DNA of 63,996 nt, filler included, from Octopus bimaculoides (GCF_001194135.2; 7 parts of 7 records of this genome joined end to end with filler, not necessarily neighbours in it); one strand, 5' to 3'. Shown: positions 12,940 through 26,767, counted from the first letter of the whole stretch. The notes: generated from the sequence alone by a model not told the origin. Program-made: numbers and translations.

Positions 12940-14700
12940 TTTACAAAAATTATAACATAAAAGAAAAAAAGGATTATGACTTGCAAAAATGAAATAATTG
13001 AAAGGTGTTTGGCACTGATTTGGAACAAGATTGTATATGTCGAACGTGGTACAAGGAGTGCCACGGTGGAGGCACAGTTTGCTAACAAGAACACAGCGAA
13101 GGAGTTATCCACAAGGACTTTAAAAAACGAGGAGATAATCTTACTACCCACGTATCTGGGTAGACGAACCGCAAAAATTACAGTAGAAGAGATACCAGTG
13201 GGGTACGATGTAATCTGGATAGCAGCAGCCTAACATATGATGTGGAGGAGAAAATGGTGATATTGCAGATGAAGAAGAAGGAGGCCAAAAATTGGAAGGG
13301 ACAGACCCCTGAGATCGTGGTTCAAGCCTCACCTGAAGTATTGGAAATGCTGCCCAATAAGGTATTTATAGGGGAGGGGCTGAGTGTGAGAGTTGCAGTT
13401 GAGGGGCATAGGCCACGCTGTTTTAAGTGTGGCGAAAATGGCCATGTCCGCTCTCAATGAGAAACAAAAAAAGTGTGAAGCCCCTCTTCAAAAAGAATCG
13501 CAAGAAAAGGGAGAATAAGAGAAACAAATGGAAAGGAAAGAAAAAGCAGTAGAAAAAACGAAAAGACAAGAAGAGAAACAAAAACAAAAACACAAGGAAG
13601 ACACAAAAAGCACAAGGAGGAGTACAAGAAAAAACAGAAGACACAGCTTCTGTAACAGAAGAAGAAATTGATTTTACCATGGTTACACCCCACAAGAGGA
13701 AAAACGCCTAAGCCATGGACTCCCCTCCCCATACAAAGAAAACAAACAAGTATATTACAGACACATATGGAAAAACTCCCTACATCATCCCCTTGTTAAA
13801 ACCCTTTACCAAACCCTACCCCAAGACGCTAGAAAAAATTATATCATTCAATGAAAGAAATGATGTGTTATCAACAATAATCAGAGCTTTAAGTGCAGCA
13901 AAAAGGTCCATGTCTGCTCTGAATGCAAAACGAAAGAAAAAAGAGTGAAGCCCCTCCTCAAAAAGAATCACAAGAAAAGGGAGAAAAAGAGAAGCAAACA
14001 ATAAGGATAGAAAAAGCAGTAAAAGAAACGAAAAGTGAAGGAAAGAAACAAAAAATACAAGGAGGAGTACAAGAATAAAACAGAAGACACAACTTCTGTA
14101 ACAGAAGAAGAAAAGGACTTTACCGTGGTTACATCCCACAAGAAGAAAAAGGTCCAAGCCCCAGACTATCCTCCACATACAAAGAAAACATACAAGCATA
14201 CTTCAGACACACATGAAAAACTCCCCACACCATCCCCTTCATAATACCCATAATCCATTACAAAACCCCACCCTAAAATGGAAAAAAATTGTATCATTTA
14301 ATGAAAAAAACGAAGTACTGTCAAGGGTGATTAGAGCTCATTACAAAGCTCGAGTTTATAAAGACAATAAGGACATGCCACCTCACATCCAAATTGTGAG
14401 GATGGATGTAGGGTTATTCAATAAATTAAAAGGAAGATATCCTAATGACTTGAAAGATGTAAGTTAAGAGATGGCCGGTAGAACTTTTATGGTTAGTCCA
14501 GCGGCTACACCGCAAAAGAAAAAGGATGGTGGGGGGGGAAGCTGAATTTCTGCAGCTCCTCCCCAAACTTAAAATGTAAATATACTTTACTATGAAAATT
14601 AAAGCTAGGGTGTGTAAATGCTTGTGGTCTGGGGTCAAAACGGAAACAAATGAGTCTCCTGGATGACCTTACATCACTAGATATAGATGGTTACTTTATT
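12940..14700 (+). mobile_element. Decayed L1/Tx1-like non-LTR retrotransposon, 5' part (ORF1 with zinc knuckle plus start of AP-endonuclease ORF2)
   Basis: ORF1 remnant ...VRVAVEGHRPRCFKCGENGHVRSQ* (CCHC knuckle, last Cys lost to a stop), then a duplicated Lys/Glu-rich region, then KLGCVNACGLGSKRKQMSLLDDLTSLDID at 14602-14700, resembling an APE N-terminus. Multiple stops. Confidence 0.7.
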
Positions 14701-15549
14701 CGGAAAAATGGAAGTTGGGTATTGTGCACTCTAGGACTAACCTATATTTTGCATTTGTGACTCCATTGGTGGCTAATGGTAATTTTCTTTTCCTCCCTCC
14801 ATTGTGATGAAAGTTTGGTATATACTCAAAAGTATTCATAAAACATTTTATCCTTTTGTTATAATTAATCTTCTTAATAATCCTCTGAATAACCCTAAAC
14901 TTTAACTTTATACAATATAGCAGTATTGCTTAAAATATTTAACTATAGTACTACATGATAAAATTTCCCCTGTTTCATTATCGATGGTCTGCTAGTGGCC
15001 AACCCCCTTAATTGTCAGCTAACATCTTGATTTAAGTTTTCCTATACCAAATCCCATGATATGGCTTCAAATAAATCTCGATTTTTATGACTATACCCAC
15101 TATGATTTCTGTCTACTCCCTCATCCCTACCCCTAACAGACCCAGCCTTAGATATACAAGGATTTTATAAAACTAGTCTATAAATTAAAACTGACCCCCG
15201 TATAAAGTGATAAGCAAAATCTGTAACAGGTCTTTCTTCCTGATAACTTAGTAGCTTCTAAGTGGAAGAAAGGGCAATAATGTTCTTTGTCTATCTCCTT
15301 AACTTCTTGGAGATTTTAGGCAAAATTATACTAATGTGTCCATCTGCCTTAATTAAATCAAATTCTATGTCTTTCTGCAGCTGAGGATTGCTCTGCATTT
15401 AAATTGATGTAATGGTTGCATTGTTCAATTAAATAGAGTTGCGTGAAATGATCGTATTGCATTACCTCTGGATATCCTTGTTGCTTATTTTGATTCTAAT
15501 CACTTTATTTTGAAATTGTATGGATAATAGTATATGTATATACATACAA

Positions 15550-15609
<60 letters not shown>

Positions 15610-15676
15610 ATTTAGAAAGCTTCAAGAGAATGTAAATGTTAGGTTAAAAACCTTTTTTGGATAGAAAAATTCAAAG

Positions 15677-15744
15677 GCCACCCATGGGACTCAAACCCAT
15701 ATCATCTGTAAACGACAGAAGCTCTACCATTGGAACAAAGCAGC
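15677..15744 (-). pseudogene. Decayed tRNA-like cloverleaf
   Basis: GCTGCTT-TGTTCCAATGGTAGAGC-T-TCTGT CGTTT ACAGA-TGAT-ATGGG TTTGAGT CCCAT-GGGTGGC. T arm is perfect, the acceptor stem pairs only with G-U wobbles, and the anticodon arm is 2 nt short. Confidence 0.55.
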
Positions 15745-16016
15745 CCTTTAAAGTTTCCTATCCATTTTAGAAACTTTGTTCTTACCAGTGAGAATTATAT
15801 GCTGTTGACATCATGAGAATTTAGAAACCTTGAGAGAACATGAAATAATTCATTTTTAGTGGTTGGACTAAAAGTAATATATATATATATATAAATAATA
15901 GCATGTAAATATTGGTTAAAAAACACCTTTTAAATAGATAAAGTCTTTGGATGGTTGATGCCAGTCCCACCGGACTGACTCCTGTGCCAGTGGCACATAA
16001 AAAAAAAAATATATAT

Positions 16017-19000
16017 TAGGTGGTGGTGGGGGGGAAACAACCATTTTTAAGGAACCTGAATTCCACCTGAATGCACAGTTTCAAATAGTATTTTAAATAA
16101 AACATGAAAATTAGGGTTATGTGACCCCCCTCTCTCACACCCCCTCCCTCCAATTAAGTACCCTAATTTTATATATGTTTCATATAATCTCTAACACATA
16201 TATACTAAATTGCTTATGGATATGAAAGATTTGATCATATTTCACTGTAGAAACCGTGTTTAAAACAGCTGATGAGTAAAGATAGCAAAAACATTGAGAT
16301 ATAAGACAATTGGTAGGTAGGTACGCCTCCAACATGGTAAAATTATAACTTTTCAATATGTGTTAAATTAATTTTTTTTAGAAAATGTATACATTTGTTA
16401 AATGGTTTTCTTTTGTGTTTCAGATTTTTTCAGGGCTAAATTATATCATAATTTTACAAAAGTACATAAGTTTAAACTGTAATAATTTAAGTTTTTAAAA
16501 TCATATAATGGCAACTAGAAGTACAACCCGTAATTCTTCATTTGGATTTCCTGCAGAATTTCCTACAGCAATAACCCTGTCAAAGGCGGATGTATTCCGA
16601 CATTATTCATACTTAAGAAAATGTGAAGAACAGATATCAGAAACTTCACCCACAATAAAAGAACGCTGCTGGATTGTTGCTGCAGATGTGCAAACAATAT
16701 GGGACAAATTTTCTTTTCCTTATATTGGGTTTGAGGGAATAGCTTTAAAAACTGAGAGATTGATTGAATCTACTTTATAAATTAATCAAAATACTTATCA
16801 AGCAAAGAGGAGGTAGTTTTGATAAGAAATTAGAGGAGTTCAATGAAATTTTTGATGTATGCATCTGTACGTGTTATGACAAACAATAAAAAGATCTGAG
16901 TGTAGGTATGACATAAGAACACCAATGGGAATCACTTGTTAGACAGGAAAAAAAACTTAATCAGTTAGGACCTGTAGACAGGGAAATAACTTCAGGTAGA
17001 AAAAGAACTGCAGAAAAAGAGCAAAGATTTGAAAACAGGAAGGCAAGGATGCGCTTACACATGGACGTTGCTTCAACTAGTTATCAGTGCTCAAGTGATA
17101 CTAATGAAGATAGTTGTGACTCATGTGACATTGATGATGATGGCATCGACTTTGTTCCTGACAATGAACTGAGAGAAAACCAACAAAACAGATTTACTTA
17201 TGAGAATCAAGCCATCACAGCAGACAGATATCAGGTAAGTTGCAGAGCTGCTGCTGCTGCCATTGTTAATGCAGCTTTGAGAGATATGGGAATTTTAAAT
17301 GATACAAATACGCTAGATAAGAAAAGAGTTGAACAAGAAAGAAAAAGAGTTGGAAAAAACAATATTATAAAAATGAAAACAAAAAATACAAAGCTCGACT
17401 GCATCAGTTTTGATAGCAGAAAGGACGAAACTAAAACAGCAAGAGGGATGGAAAGTGAAGAGCACTATGTTATTGTAAAAGAGCCTGGTGATGAGTATTT
17501 AGATCACGTTTCCCCAGATAATGGAACAGCTTGTTGCATTGCAGAAGAAATTATTACTTTTTTAATTGATTCTGACAGTCAAGAAAGTTTCAAGGCTGTA
17601 TTATGTGATGGCACACCAGTAAACACTGGTCATTTAGGAGGGGGTAATTAAAATAATAGACTTATACTTAAATAAACCACTTCAGTGGTTGATATGCCTG
17701 CTACATACAAATGAGCTTCCGTTTCGACACGTATTTGAATCCATAGATGGAAAAACAGCAAGACCATGAACATCAAAAGGCTTAATTAGCAATAAAATTA
17801 AAGAAGATGTAACAAACTTAAAGATAATCAAATTTTCTCCAGTAAAAATTAAAATGACGGAATTGACATTCAAAAATATCTTTATGAAATGTGCCTCAGT
17901 AATGAGACAGAGTTTGTTTCTGAGCAGTTAGCAGCTGGATCACCTGGTAAGATCCATCATGCAAGGTGGCTAACATGTACAAACAGAATTCTTCACTTAT
18001 ATGTTTCAGAAAAATATCCCCAAAAGAATATTATGGATCTTGTTAAAATCATAACATAAGTTTATGCTCCAAGCTGGTTCTAGATTAAATCTCATTCAAA
18101 ATTACATAAAAGAGCATGGAGTTTTTGGTATATGGCACATCTAATGCAAGCTATGAACCAAGTTCATACAGAAGTTATGGAGAAATCGTTAAAAACTAAT
18201 TTGTATTTTGCCCATCCAGAGAATATTTTACTGACTGTTCTGAATGATGGAAGAAGACAAATTAGGGAAGTAGCAATTCAGTGAATTATTAAAGCAAGAA
18301 CTTTTCCCTGGATTCCCCATGAAGAATAAAGAAATTTCAAACTGCCAAGCAAAATTAATTTTGAAGTACAGGATTATGTTGATCTGATTAACTGGGAAGA
18401 TGAAGTAATAACATCCCCTCCAGTTTTATGGAATTTTACATATGTTGATCTTCTGAAAGCTCACTCAGGACCATTAACAGCAATACATCTTTCCTGTCAT
18501 AACCAAAGAGTTGAGCATGCTATTAATTTAGTGGCAAAAGCTTTCGAAGTCAGAATAGGCGACAAAAATAGGCACAAATTCATATTAAATGTACAGATAT
18601 CAAGACAAAGTTTACCTCAATTTGACTGGAAAAGACAATGGTCGTTTAATTAAATAATAAATACTATTAATGCTTATTTTATGGTATTCACTGTTCACGT
18701 ATTTCATTTGAGGTTTGTGCATAGTTTTTTTTATTGCATATAACAGCCATTAAGAATTTACAATTTTTTAATGTTGAATGTGCTTTTCTTAATATAAGCG
18801 TTTTTATTTTAAAAAATTGAAAAGAAACTAAATAAATAAATAGAGATTCCAATAACTATTTTTTCTGGGGGTTGTGGGTGGGTTGCATATAATTTATAAA
18901 ATTCATATAGGTAATATTTAACAAATATAAAATTAATAATATTAAAACAAGTTTACAGTTAAAATTTCAGTATTCAAAATGCAGAATTAGAGGTGGTGGA

Positions 19001-19120
19001 GCTACGTGAGGGGTAGATGTGGTCGCATACTTTTTAAAATTTGCTAATTTATTTCTCATACCAAAATGAACACCAAAAAATATGTGGATTCAGAATATAA
19101 AATATTGACCCCACTCCCTA
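16017..19120 (+). mobile_element. Decayed hAT-superfamily (probably hATm-type) DNA transposon
   Basis: Fragmented transposase: FDSRKDET, CDGTPVNTG, QWLICLLHTNELPFRH (CxxH), HARWL, FAHPENILL, CHNQRVE. Ends TAGG...CCTA, flanked by ATATATAT and ATATATAC (candidate 8-bp TSD, low complexity). Subgroup name is from memory. Confidence 0.75.
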
Positions 19121-19131
19121 ATATATACATA

Positions 19132-19470
19132 CCATATTTTCTGGCTTATAAGTCACATTTTCTTCCAGAATTTCCCTCCAAAAATCACCCTGTGCCTTAT
19201 ATGTTTAAGCTCAGACTTTGGTTAGATTTGGTTAGTGATATTAATGATGGACAATACTGGTGATAGTGGAGACCAGTGATGATATTTGGTAGTGTTAGCC
19301 TACCAAAGGGCATCAGTCTAAATTTTCATGGTTCTTACACATGAAAATGCGAGACAATCAACCAGAGGATTCAGAATCAGTTGCAATTTTATTTTTTCGT
19401 ACATTAGGCCTGCCAAAATTGGGGTGTGCCTTATATTATGCCTGTGCAACTTATATGCTCCAAAATACAG
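19132..19470. mobile_element. Tc1/mariner (Tc2/pogo-like) MITE
   Basis: TA|CCATATTTTCTGGCTTATAAGTCACA ... GTGCAACTTATATGCTCCAAAATACAG|TA; imperfect TIRs. Confidence 0.7.
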
Positions 19471-19495
19471 TATATATATATATATATATATATAT

Positions 19496-19595
19496 NNNNN
19501 NNNNNNNNNNNNNNNNNNNNNNNNNNNNNNNNNNNNNNNTTAATTAATTAANNNNNNNNNNNNNNNNNNNNNNNNNNNNNNNNNNNNNNNNNNNN
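19496..19595. other. Artificial assembly spacer (44 N + TTAATTAATTAA + 44 N)
   Basis: Exactly 100 nt with a six-frame stop linker at 19540-19551. Confidence 0.97.
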
Positions 19596-19634
<39 letters not shown>

Positions 19635-22288
19635 TGTTTTAATTTGTTTTACAATTTTAACTCGACCTCTCATATATACAGAACAATACAAGAACAACAG
19701 TAGATAAGGAGTCCAAAACGCCAGCAAGAATACCTCGAGTGGAAATGATGTCAAGAATACGAAAAATAACACCATTGACGCATACATACTTTACCAAACA
19801 AAAACATGTCCGCTATTTCGCATACTAGCTCCACCTTTGCTATTGTTGTAAACTATACAGAATTTTTTAGTGTGGGTCTACACAGAAACAGTCTGTGTAG
19901 ACGAGCTGCGTCACGAAGAGCAGTGTCTCTTTGCTTGTCGACAACATAGAGCTGCTTGCAAAGAAAAAAGTTGTTTACAGGTTTTTTTTAAGAATGTCAA
20001 CAACATGCCTCAACAGGAAATGCTTTGAACGACAGCAACACCGATGACATATATACACTTAGCCAAACGAAAGCATTTCCGTTTTTCTGCATAGCCTTCA
20101 AAAGTGTTAAAAAGGTAATATCAAAAGTGTGAGGGAATTCTCTTCCTTTAAGAGGAGCAGAAAATCAAGGTCCCGGCACGTGAACCATCTTTTGACACCG
20201 AAAATACACAAAACAGGGAACAATACCGATACACATACTCACTAGTACACTTGTTTCCTAATATTTGGGGCAGACAAATACAAGTGTGATGATCAGACGA
20301 TGGTTACGTCTATCTCACTGTCACTTTTGAATGGCAATATGGGAGGGTGATCAGTTTAGAGGTAGTGAGGGGCGATGTGCAGTTAGGAGAGATCAGAACG
20401 GACTTACAAACCTACAAGTCCTAATGATTCCCGAAAATCACATTGACATAGAGGAACTGAGCCCTGTTGCAAACAGAAACGAAGGTCAGAGTAAAAAGCC
20501 TAGTTGCTACGCTTGTAGAAGCAAAGGTCGTTTTACTCTGAAGAACTGGAGAAGCTAAAAGAAAGGAAAGTGCTGTAAAGCAATAGAAGTAGCAAAAGCG
20601 CAGACTCGTTGTATGCCAAGAGACCCTGCGGTTTGTATATCACAGGTCAAAGTTCCAGTGATAGCAAAAGAATGTCACACCATTCCTCATTCTGGATCTA
20701 TCTACGAGGCATACCGTTTCCCTTAATATAATCACCGCCATCACCAACTCTATCCTTCTGAAATTACGCAGATGGAAGCTGAACAAGATTTCCAAACTGT
20801 TTGAAAGGGCATGTAAAGTAAAAACAGGGGAAAAATTTCCTCTAAAAAAAGCGAACATCAAAGAAAATACACAAGAAAATGTGAAAAGGATTCATCTTCG
20901 CTGGATGAAGCCATGGGTCACTAAAATCTGTATATCTGCGTGCGAGTTACGTATTTGACTGCAAATTATTCTCAGAAGCGATTTATTAGAGGAAGAGAAC
21001 TATGAATATGTGAAGGCAGATTATTAGCAAAGTACTAATTAACATGTTACGAACATTTAAAGTAAGTTCTTGCCGAAGACATTGCGATTTTCGTAACCTA
21101 CCAAATCCAAAAATGTAAACAACGCCCTTAGTTGCAGCAGAACTCGGTATGAAGAGTATCGGAAGGATAAAACAACGGGCTTCTCCGACCCAACTTAGTG
21201 GTTGCTAGTGTGCGAGTGGGTAACCCGAAATACCTTCTAAATTATCTTGTTTCCTTTATAGCAATTTATATCCTTATTTTTCCACAAATTATAAAAAAAA
21301 TTTTCTTTGTATAACACTCCTAGCTTAACTACGTCTTTTTTTTTTTTATGACTGTCTTGTCCATCCTCCTATATTTTTGTAAAATCCACCACTAGTTGTT
21401 AATGCTTTGTGTAATTGTATGTGAGTGTGAAATTGAATGAAATTGCATTTAATGGCTAAAGAAAGAAAGGATTATTATTATAATTTTGTTTTTACTAAGT
21501 AATTTGTACTTGCAAAAGAGAGAAATGGTTTATGGTGACTTACCTACAGCACTGTCGGTTTCGATGAAGCTTAGAGTGAGTAAAAGGTGAAAGAAGCACC
21601 ATCTGCAAATCATATTCAGCATAGTTTGGTAAGGCTATCTGCCAACGACGAATTTTATGAGCGAGGCGAGTCAATTAATTTAGCAAGGATAAATTAATAA
21701 GATAGTTAACCAGCAAGTCTAGTTAATCTAGACAAATGGTGAGCCAATGTCGCCTAGATATGCCAGAAATCTATTTTACATTTTGAAAAGAAAACCTTTA
21801 GTCGGATAAAATAGCAGCGTAAATTTCATTGGTTGATCTATAAGAAGGAAATAAATAAAAGAAATGTCCAATCTTCGTTAATCGAAGGAAATGTTCGAGG
21901 GCTTCTCGCTTAACTTGATATAAGATTAAACCTTGGTCAGCTAATAATGGTATCAGAGTTATATTAGTTTAAGAAGACAGTCAAAGTTCATAGCAACAGC
22001 TTAAGTTTAAAGCAACAAAAATGACATTTGTATGGTGGCGATAGTGTTACACTGTTTTATATGCGTTTTACTTCTTTTGTCTTTTATGTTATGCTTCTTG
22101 ATTGGATATTGAATAAAGGCAGCAGGTAATCTGAGCTAAACTAAGGCCATTAGCATACATGCATACGCGTGTAAACATATATATATATATATATATATAC
22201 GTACATGTATATTATATAGATATGTATATATATATATATACATACATATATATACACACATATATATAGATATATACATATATATATC

Positions 22289-22336
<48 letters not shown>

Positions 22337-22346
22337 NNNNNNNNNN

Positions 22347-22389
<43 letters not shown>

Positions 22390-22854
22390 TTTATATACAT
22401 ACAAGCATATATATTATTTGATATATATATATATGTATGCGTGCGTATACATATACAATTACATAATTATATTCCGATGTAAAACGCAATAATAAATAAA
22501 TTTGCCCCATCAAGTTAATCAAAGTAATCTTTACCACGTTTCAGCAGTTGTTGTTGTTGTTTCTGCTCTTGTCGTCGTCATCCTCGTCATCGTCGTCATT
22601 AAATTCCTTCCTTTATATTTATAATTAAATAACGATTTCGACTCTAATCTATACACGACCATGAGGGCTACAGCTATTTTTATTCGCACATACATACTTA
22701 CATACATGCATACATACATATAGACGCAAGCATGGCTGTGTGGTTAAGAAGTTCACTTTGAAACCTCAAGATTTCAGGTTCAGTGCCACTACGCGGTATT
22801 TTGGATAAGTGTTTTTTTTTTATCTTAACCCACCAATGTTTTGTGATTAAATTT

Positions 22855-25800
22855 GTGAACAGTTTCTCTTCTCTATCCCAAATCATTATATCAAGTCTGT
22901 TGTGATTACATTTTATTGAGGTCTTCACTGGTACATTCCACCAGTATTCCTTATTATTATGAATGGCTATGGCTTCTACCATATTGTGGGTCCATATTTC
23001 TTTGCCCTTGGGATTATACTTCCGACGGATTTCATTATTGAGTGCCCTAGCTACAGCGTCATGTCTCATCGATAGATAATACCGTAATGACATTTTCGGA
23101 CAACTGCTTATGATGTGGGGGATATCTTCAGTGTGAACTCCTCAAAGTCTGCATCGGATGTCACACTTTACGGCCTTACTTGCATCTTTATCCCTTTTGT
23201 ACATCAGGTACTTGGGTGATATTTCCTGTTCCTGGATTGCAGACGCATACCCTTCAAAGTGGGAGGTAGTAATCCGGCTATTGGTCCATGATAAACTGTT
23301 TTGATGATCGATGTGACTATCATCACGGAGCTTTCTAGCAACATATCCATGCATAGTCTTCTGCTCATATAGGCTCATCCTTTCATCTGATGATACGTTG
23401 GGGTAGAGTCGTGCAACTTCTTTGGGCATGTGTTCTAGTTTATCAGACAATGAGTATTGCTCAAGGAGCTGCCAGCCTCATGCATGCAAACTTGGTCAAG
23501 GGATGCACTTCGACACTTGGTGGTTAAATGATGTTGCCGAAGGGATGTGTTGCGACATTCAAGGGCATTTTAGGTCGATGTTAAGCCTCTTCCACCTTGT
23601 TTTCGTTTTAGGTAGAGGCAGTCTACATCACTGTTTATGTGGAAATAATGTGTGCTTGTTAGTATTTTTCGGGTTTCACATCAATGGCTCGTATCTCATC
23701 AAGCGCCCAATCAAGCAGCCCAAATGTTGGTATGAAACCTGGCACTGCAAACACATTGTGGGCCGCTGTTTCATTGAATGCAGAGAGTTCTGAGGTTCAA
23801 ATTTTCTTTATTCGGCTGTAATATTCTTTAGGGGCACGTGTTTCGTTACAAGTGCCACTGTAAGATATATTTTCATCAACTGCTAAATACATATAAATCT
23901 TTAGTTAAATATATTCAATGAGAATATTATATACTGAATTTATATTGAGTGCTCTATCGTATCAAAGTATTAATACTATTAAAGCATTTATGTATTTAAC
24001 ACGAGCGATTGTATATATATTTTATAATATATTATTATTAATATCAGGAAATCAATATTAGAAAATTCATCAGAATGATATATACATGTGTAGAGTAATT
24101 GTAGTATTAAAACTATATGTAAAAATACATGTAAATATGTATAAGTATAAATATATAATATAAAATAATGAATATATCAGTTTAAAAATTTTGAATTAGG
24201 TTTTAAATTATCTGCTAAATACATGTAACAATCCTCGCCAGATACAGGAGAAGCAGTCAAATCATTAATGGAGATGTTACTAGTCTGGTTTATAGTTTTC
24301 CCCGTTTTCACAACTCCAATCCTACATTCTTTGAGAATGTTGTAAATAAGTTAAGGCTCTTTTTACTCATGCATATTCTTTGCATAAAGTTCTAAGTCAT
24401 CCACAAAAAAAAAAAGAAAAAACAGTGTGTAATTTTGGTATTTCTGTTTCCTTGTGAACCAGTGAGATATCCTTCAGACTTCCTTAACATGAAAGACAAG
24501 GGGTTTACAGAAAGTATAAACATCACAGAGAGGCTGTCTCCTTGAAATATGCCTTTGCGACACTGTATTCTATCGGTGATAATATATTCACCCTTTGTGT
24601 TTAGTTACAAGATGGTGGCCCACGATGAAGTCAAGTCAGCTATGGCTTTGACTATCCTCACTGGAACTTTAGTAAGTTGAAGGGCTTCTAGCATTCATCA
24701 GTGGGGAACAGGGTCAAAGGCTTTCTTGTAGTCTATCCACATTGAAACTAGGTCCCTCCTATGCTCTCGCACCTCTGGCATCACAGCTTTGTTTGATTAA
24801 CAATTGCTCAGCACATCCACAGACTCCCTTCTTCCCAGTTGCTTGTTCTGCTGTGATAATGTTATTGGCTTCACATTGGTCCTGGAGGAAGAGGTTTAAA
24901 CATGCTGTATATATTTTATACATTAAGTTTTGGCATGCAATTGGCCGGTAGTTTTTTGCCATGTGAGTGCTTCTGCATTTGGGGATCAATTTTGTCTCTG
25001 CTCGAGCTAACCAGTGTAGTATGCTACTGTTCCCAATAAAAGCTTGGTGGTACAGATTGATAAGATATGGCCGGTAGAATGTTAGCTTCTTGTGCCAATA
25101 TCCAACAATCAAGTCTCTTGCAGGTGCTTTTCCATCCTGGATTTTCTGGATCACAGTTTCAAGACTTTCACCATCAATGTTGTATGTCTTGGATGTAATG
25201 CAGGAACAATAGCTTTTTTCGGATTTCTTCCAGCCACAAAGCATCTTGGTTAAATTCCTTCTCTTCACTCCAGATTTTCCTCCAGAAGGAGTCTATGCCT
25301 TCTCGTGAATAAGCTTCCGTAATGTTTACTGTTCCTCCTCTCATGTCTCTGTATACTGCTTCTTGGTTACGGTTAAATTTTTTGTTTATTTTTCTCTCGG
25401 TTATTCTTCTCTGATGTCGGAGTTTTTCACCCTCGGTTATTCTTCTCTGATGTCGGAGTTTTTCACCGACAGCTTTTACCTCCTGCTTGAGGATAATCAG
25501 TTTGCAAGTGAGTGTCCGCTTTTTCCTGTCTCTAAACATCGTTTCAATCTCCTTCTTTACTTTCTGTTGGTGGGACGTATAGTGATTTGCTTGTTTGCAT
25601 GCAATAAGCATCATTACATGACTGATGGTCTTTCGTGAATCAGTTATCTTTTTCCCTGTCTTCAAAACCCATGAGGGTACTTTCTTTGTTATTTCGGTTT
25701 TGTTTACTTTTTGAATATCATTCATGTACTGTTTTACAGTAGTAACCAGAGAATATAGACAGGCGTTAATCTACCAGTATGTAGGTTCATCACCAATTTC

Positions 25801-26685
25801 GTTAACAGCTTTTAATACCGTGTCAGGTGTTTTTTTTTACTTACTGTGGTAGAGAATACTCTCTCCTCGAGAGAGTCCTTCGAAGCCAAAGTTATTTTTT
25901 CTCGGAAGATTTCAGTAAGGGCACATTTCATTGGCATATAATCCTGACTACCACCACTTCTACAATAATCATTGCAGTTGTGCCTGCTATTTACTATAGT
26001 CATAGTAGGGGGACAGTGGTCAGTTACTTCAGCCAGTAATGTAGTTTGGCTGGCAGGTACTATACAATCTGTTGGAATGTCGCTAGCTGCGAAACCATGT
26101 GGTGGTCTTATATCATTCACATTTTCGTTTTTGTTTATAGAGTTGGGAAGAAAGTTAATTTTCAATTTCTTAATAAAGTTACAGTTACTAACCTTCTTTC
26201 TATGTTCTACAAATGTTGCTTGTTGGCGTAGCTGCTTCGCAGTAAAATAATTTAATTGTGGATGCAGATCGTCCCGATATGATTTCAATCGTTTCATATA
26301 GCTAACAGTGAGGTTTTGTTTCGCTTTTTCGTAGCAGTTAAATAGATCATTATTCAATTCATAATTCCGAGAGAAATGAGTTTTGTAGTTACGGTTTCTT
26401 CTATAACTACAGCTAGAAAGAAATTGTTTACCTGTTGATCTGTTGTTTTCGTTCTGTTTTTCGATTGTATTGTTGATGTTGTGTTCAGCCATCTTGTTTG
26501 TAGTAACTCTCTGCATGCTAAATTCAAGTTTCAGTCGAAAATCACTACGATCATGAATAAAAAGCTCCCTCAGTTAATTCATCTGAAGATTAACCAGTTA
26601 TTTAACAAGGCTGCTAGTTGTGGCTCCAAAGTTGGAAATAGTATTCTTCGTATTTTCGATAAACTGTGGGAGACTATTTTTGTAG
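22855..26685 (-). mobile_element. Near full-length, decayed R4/Dong-clade non-LTR retrotransposon (RT plus restriction-like endonuclease)
   Basis: RT motifs NYRPIACQNLMYK, EQ..GKKG..GC.EQLLI, WIDYKKAFD, VDDL. C-terminal zinc finger CRL..H..SSC, then RHD and NRLDIMIWD (PD...D-type). Many stops and frameshifts. 3' end truncated near a SINE head. Confidence 0.9.
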
Positions 26686-26717
26686 TGTGTATGTATGTAT
26701 GTATGTATGTATGTATG

Positions 26718-26767
<50 letters not shown>

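Noticed and set aside
19876-19902. Perfect 11-bp hairpin GTCTACACAGA-AACAG-TCTGTGTAGAC
   Set aside because: Short, isolated and expected occasionally by chance; no associated element.
20331-20558. CYACRSKGR as a gag zinc knuckle of an LTR element
   Set aside because: The His and last Cys are missing, and I found no LTRs or pol motifs nearby. The region 19660-21260 remains unassigned.
23893-24211. Calling the AT-rich insert a mitochondrial pseudogene
   Set aside because: No open frame or recognisable gene under the invertebrate mitochondrial code by eye; left as unidentified.
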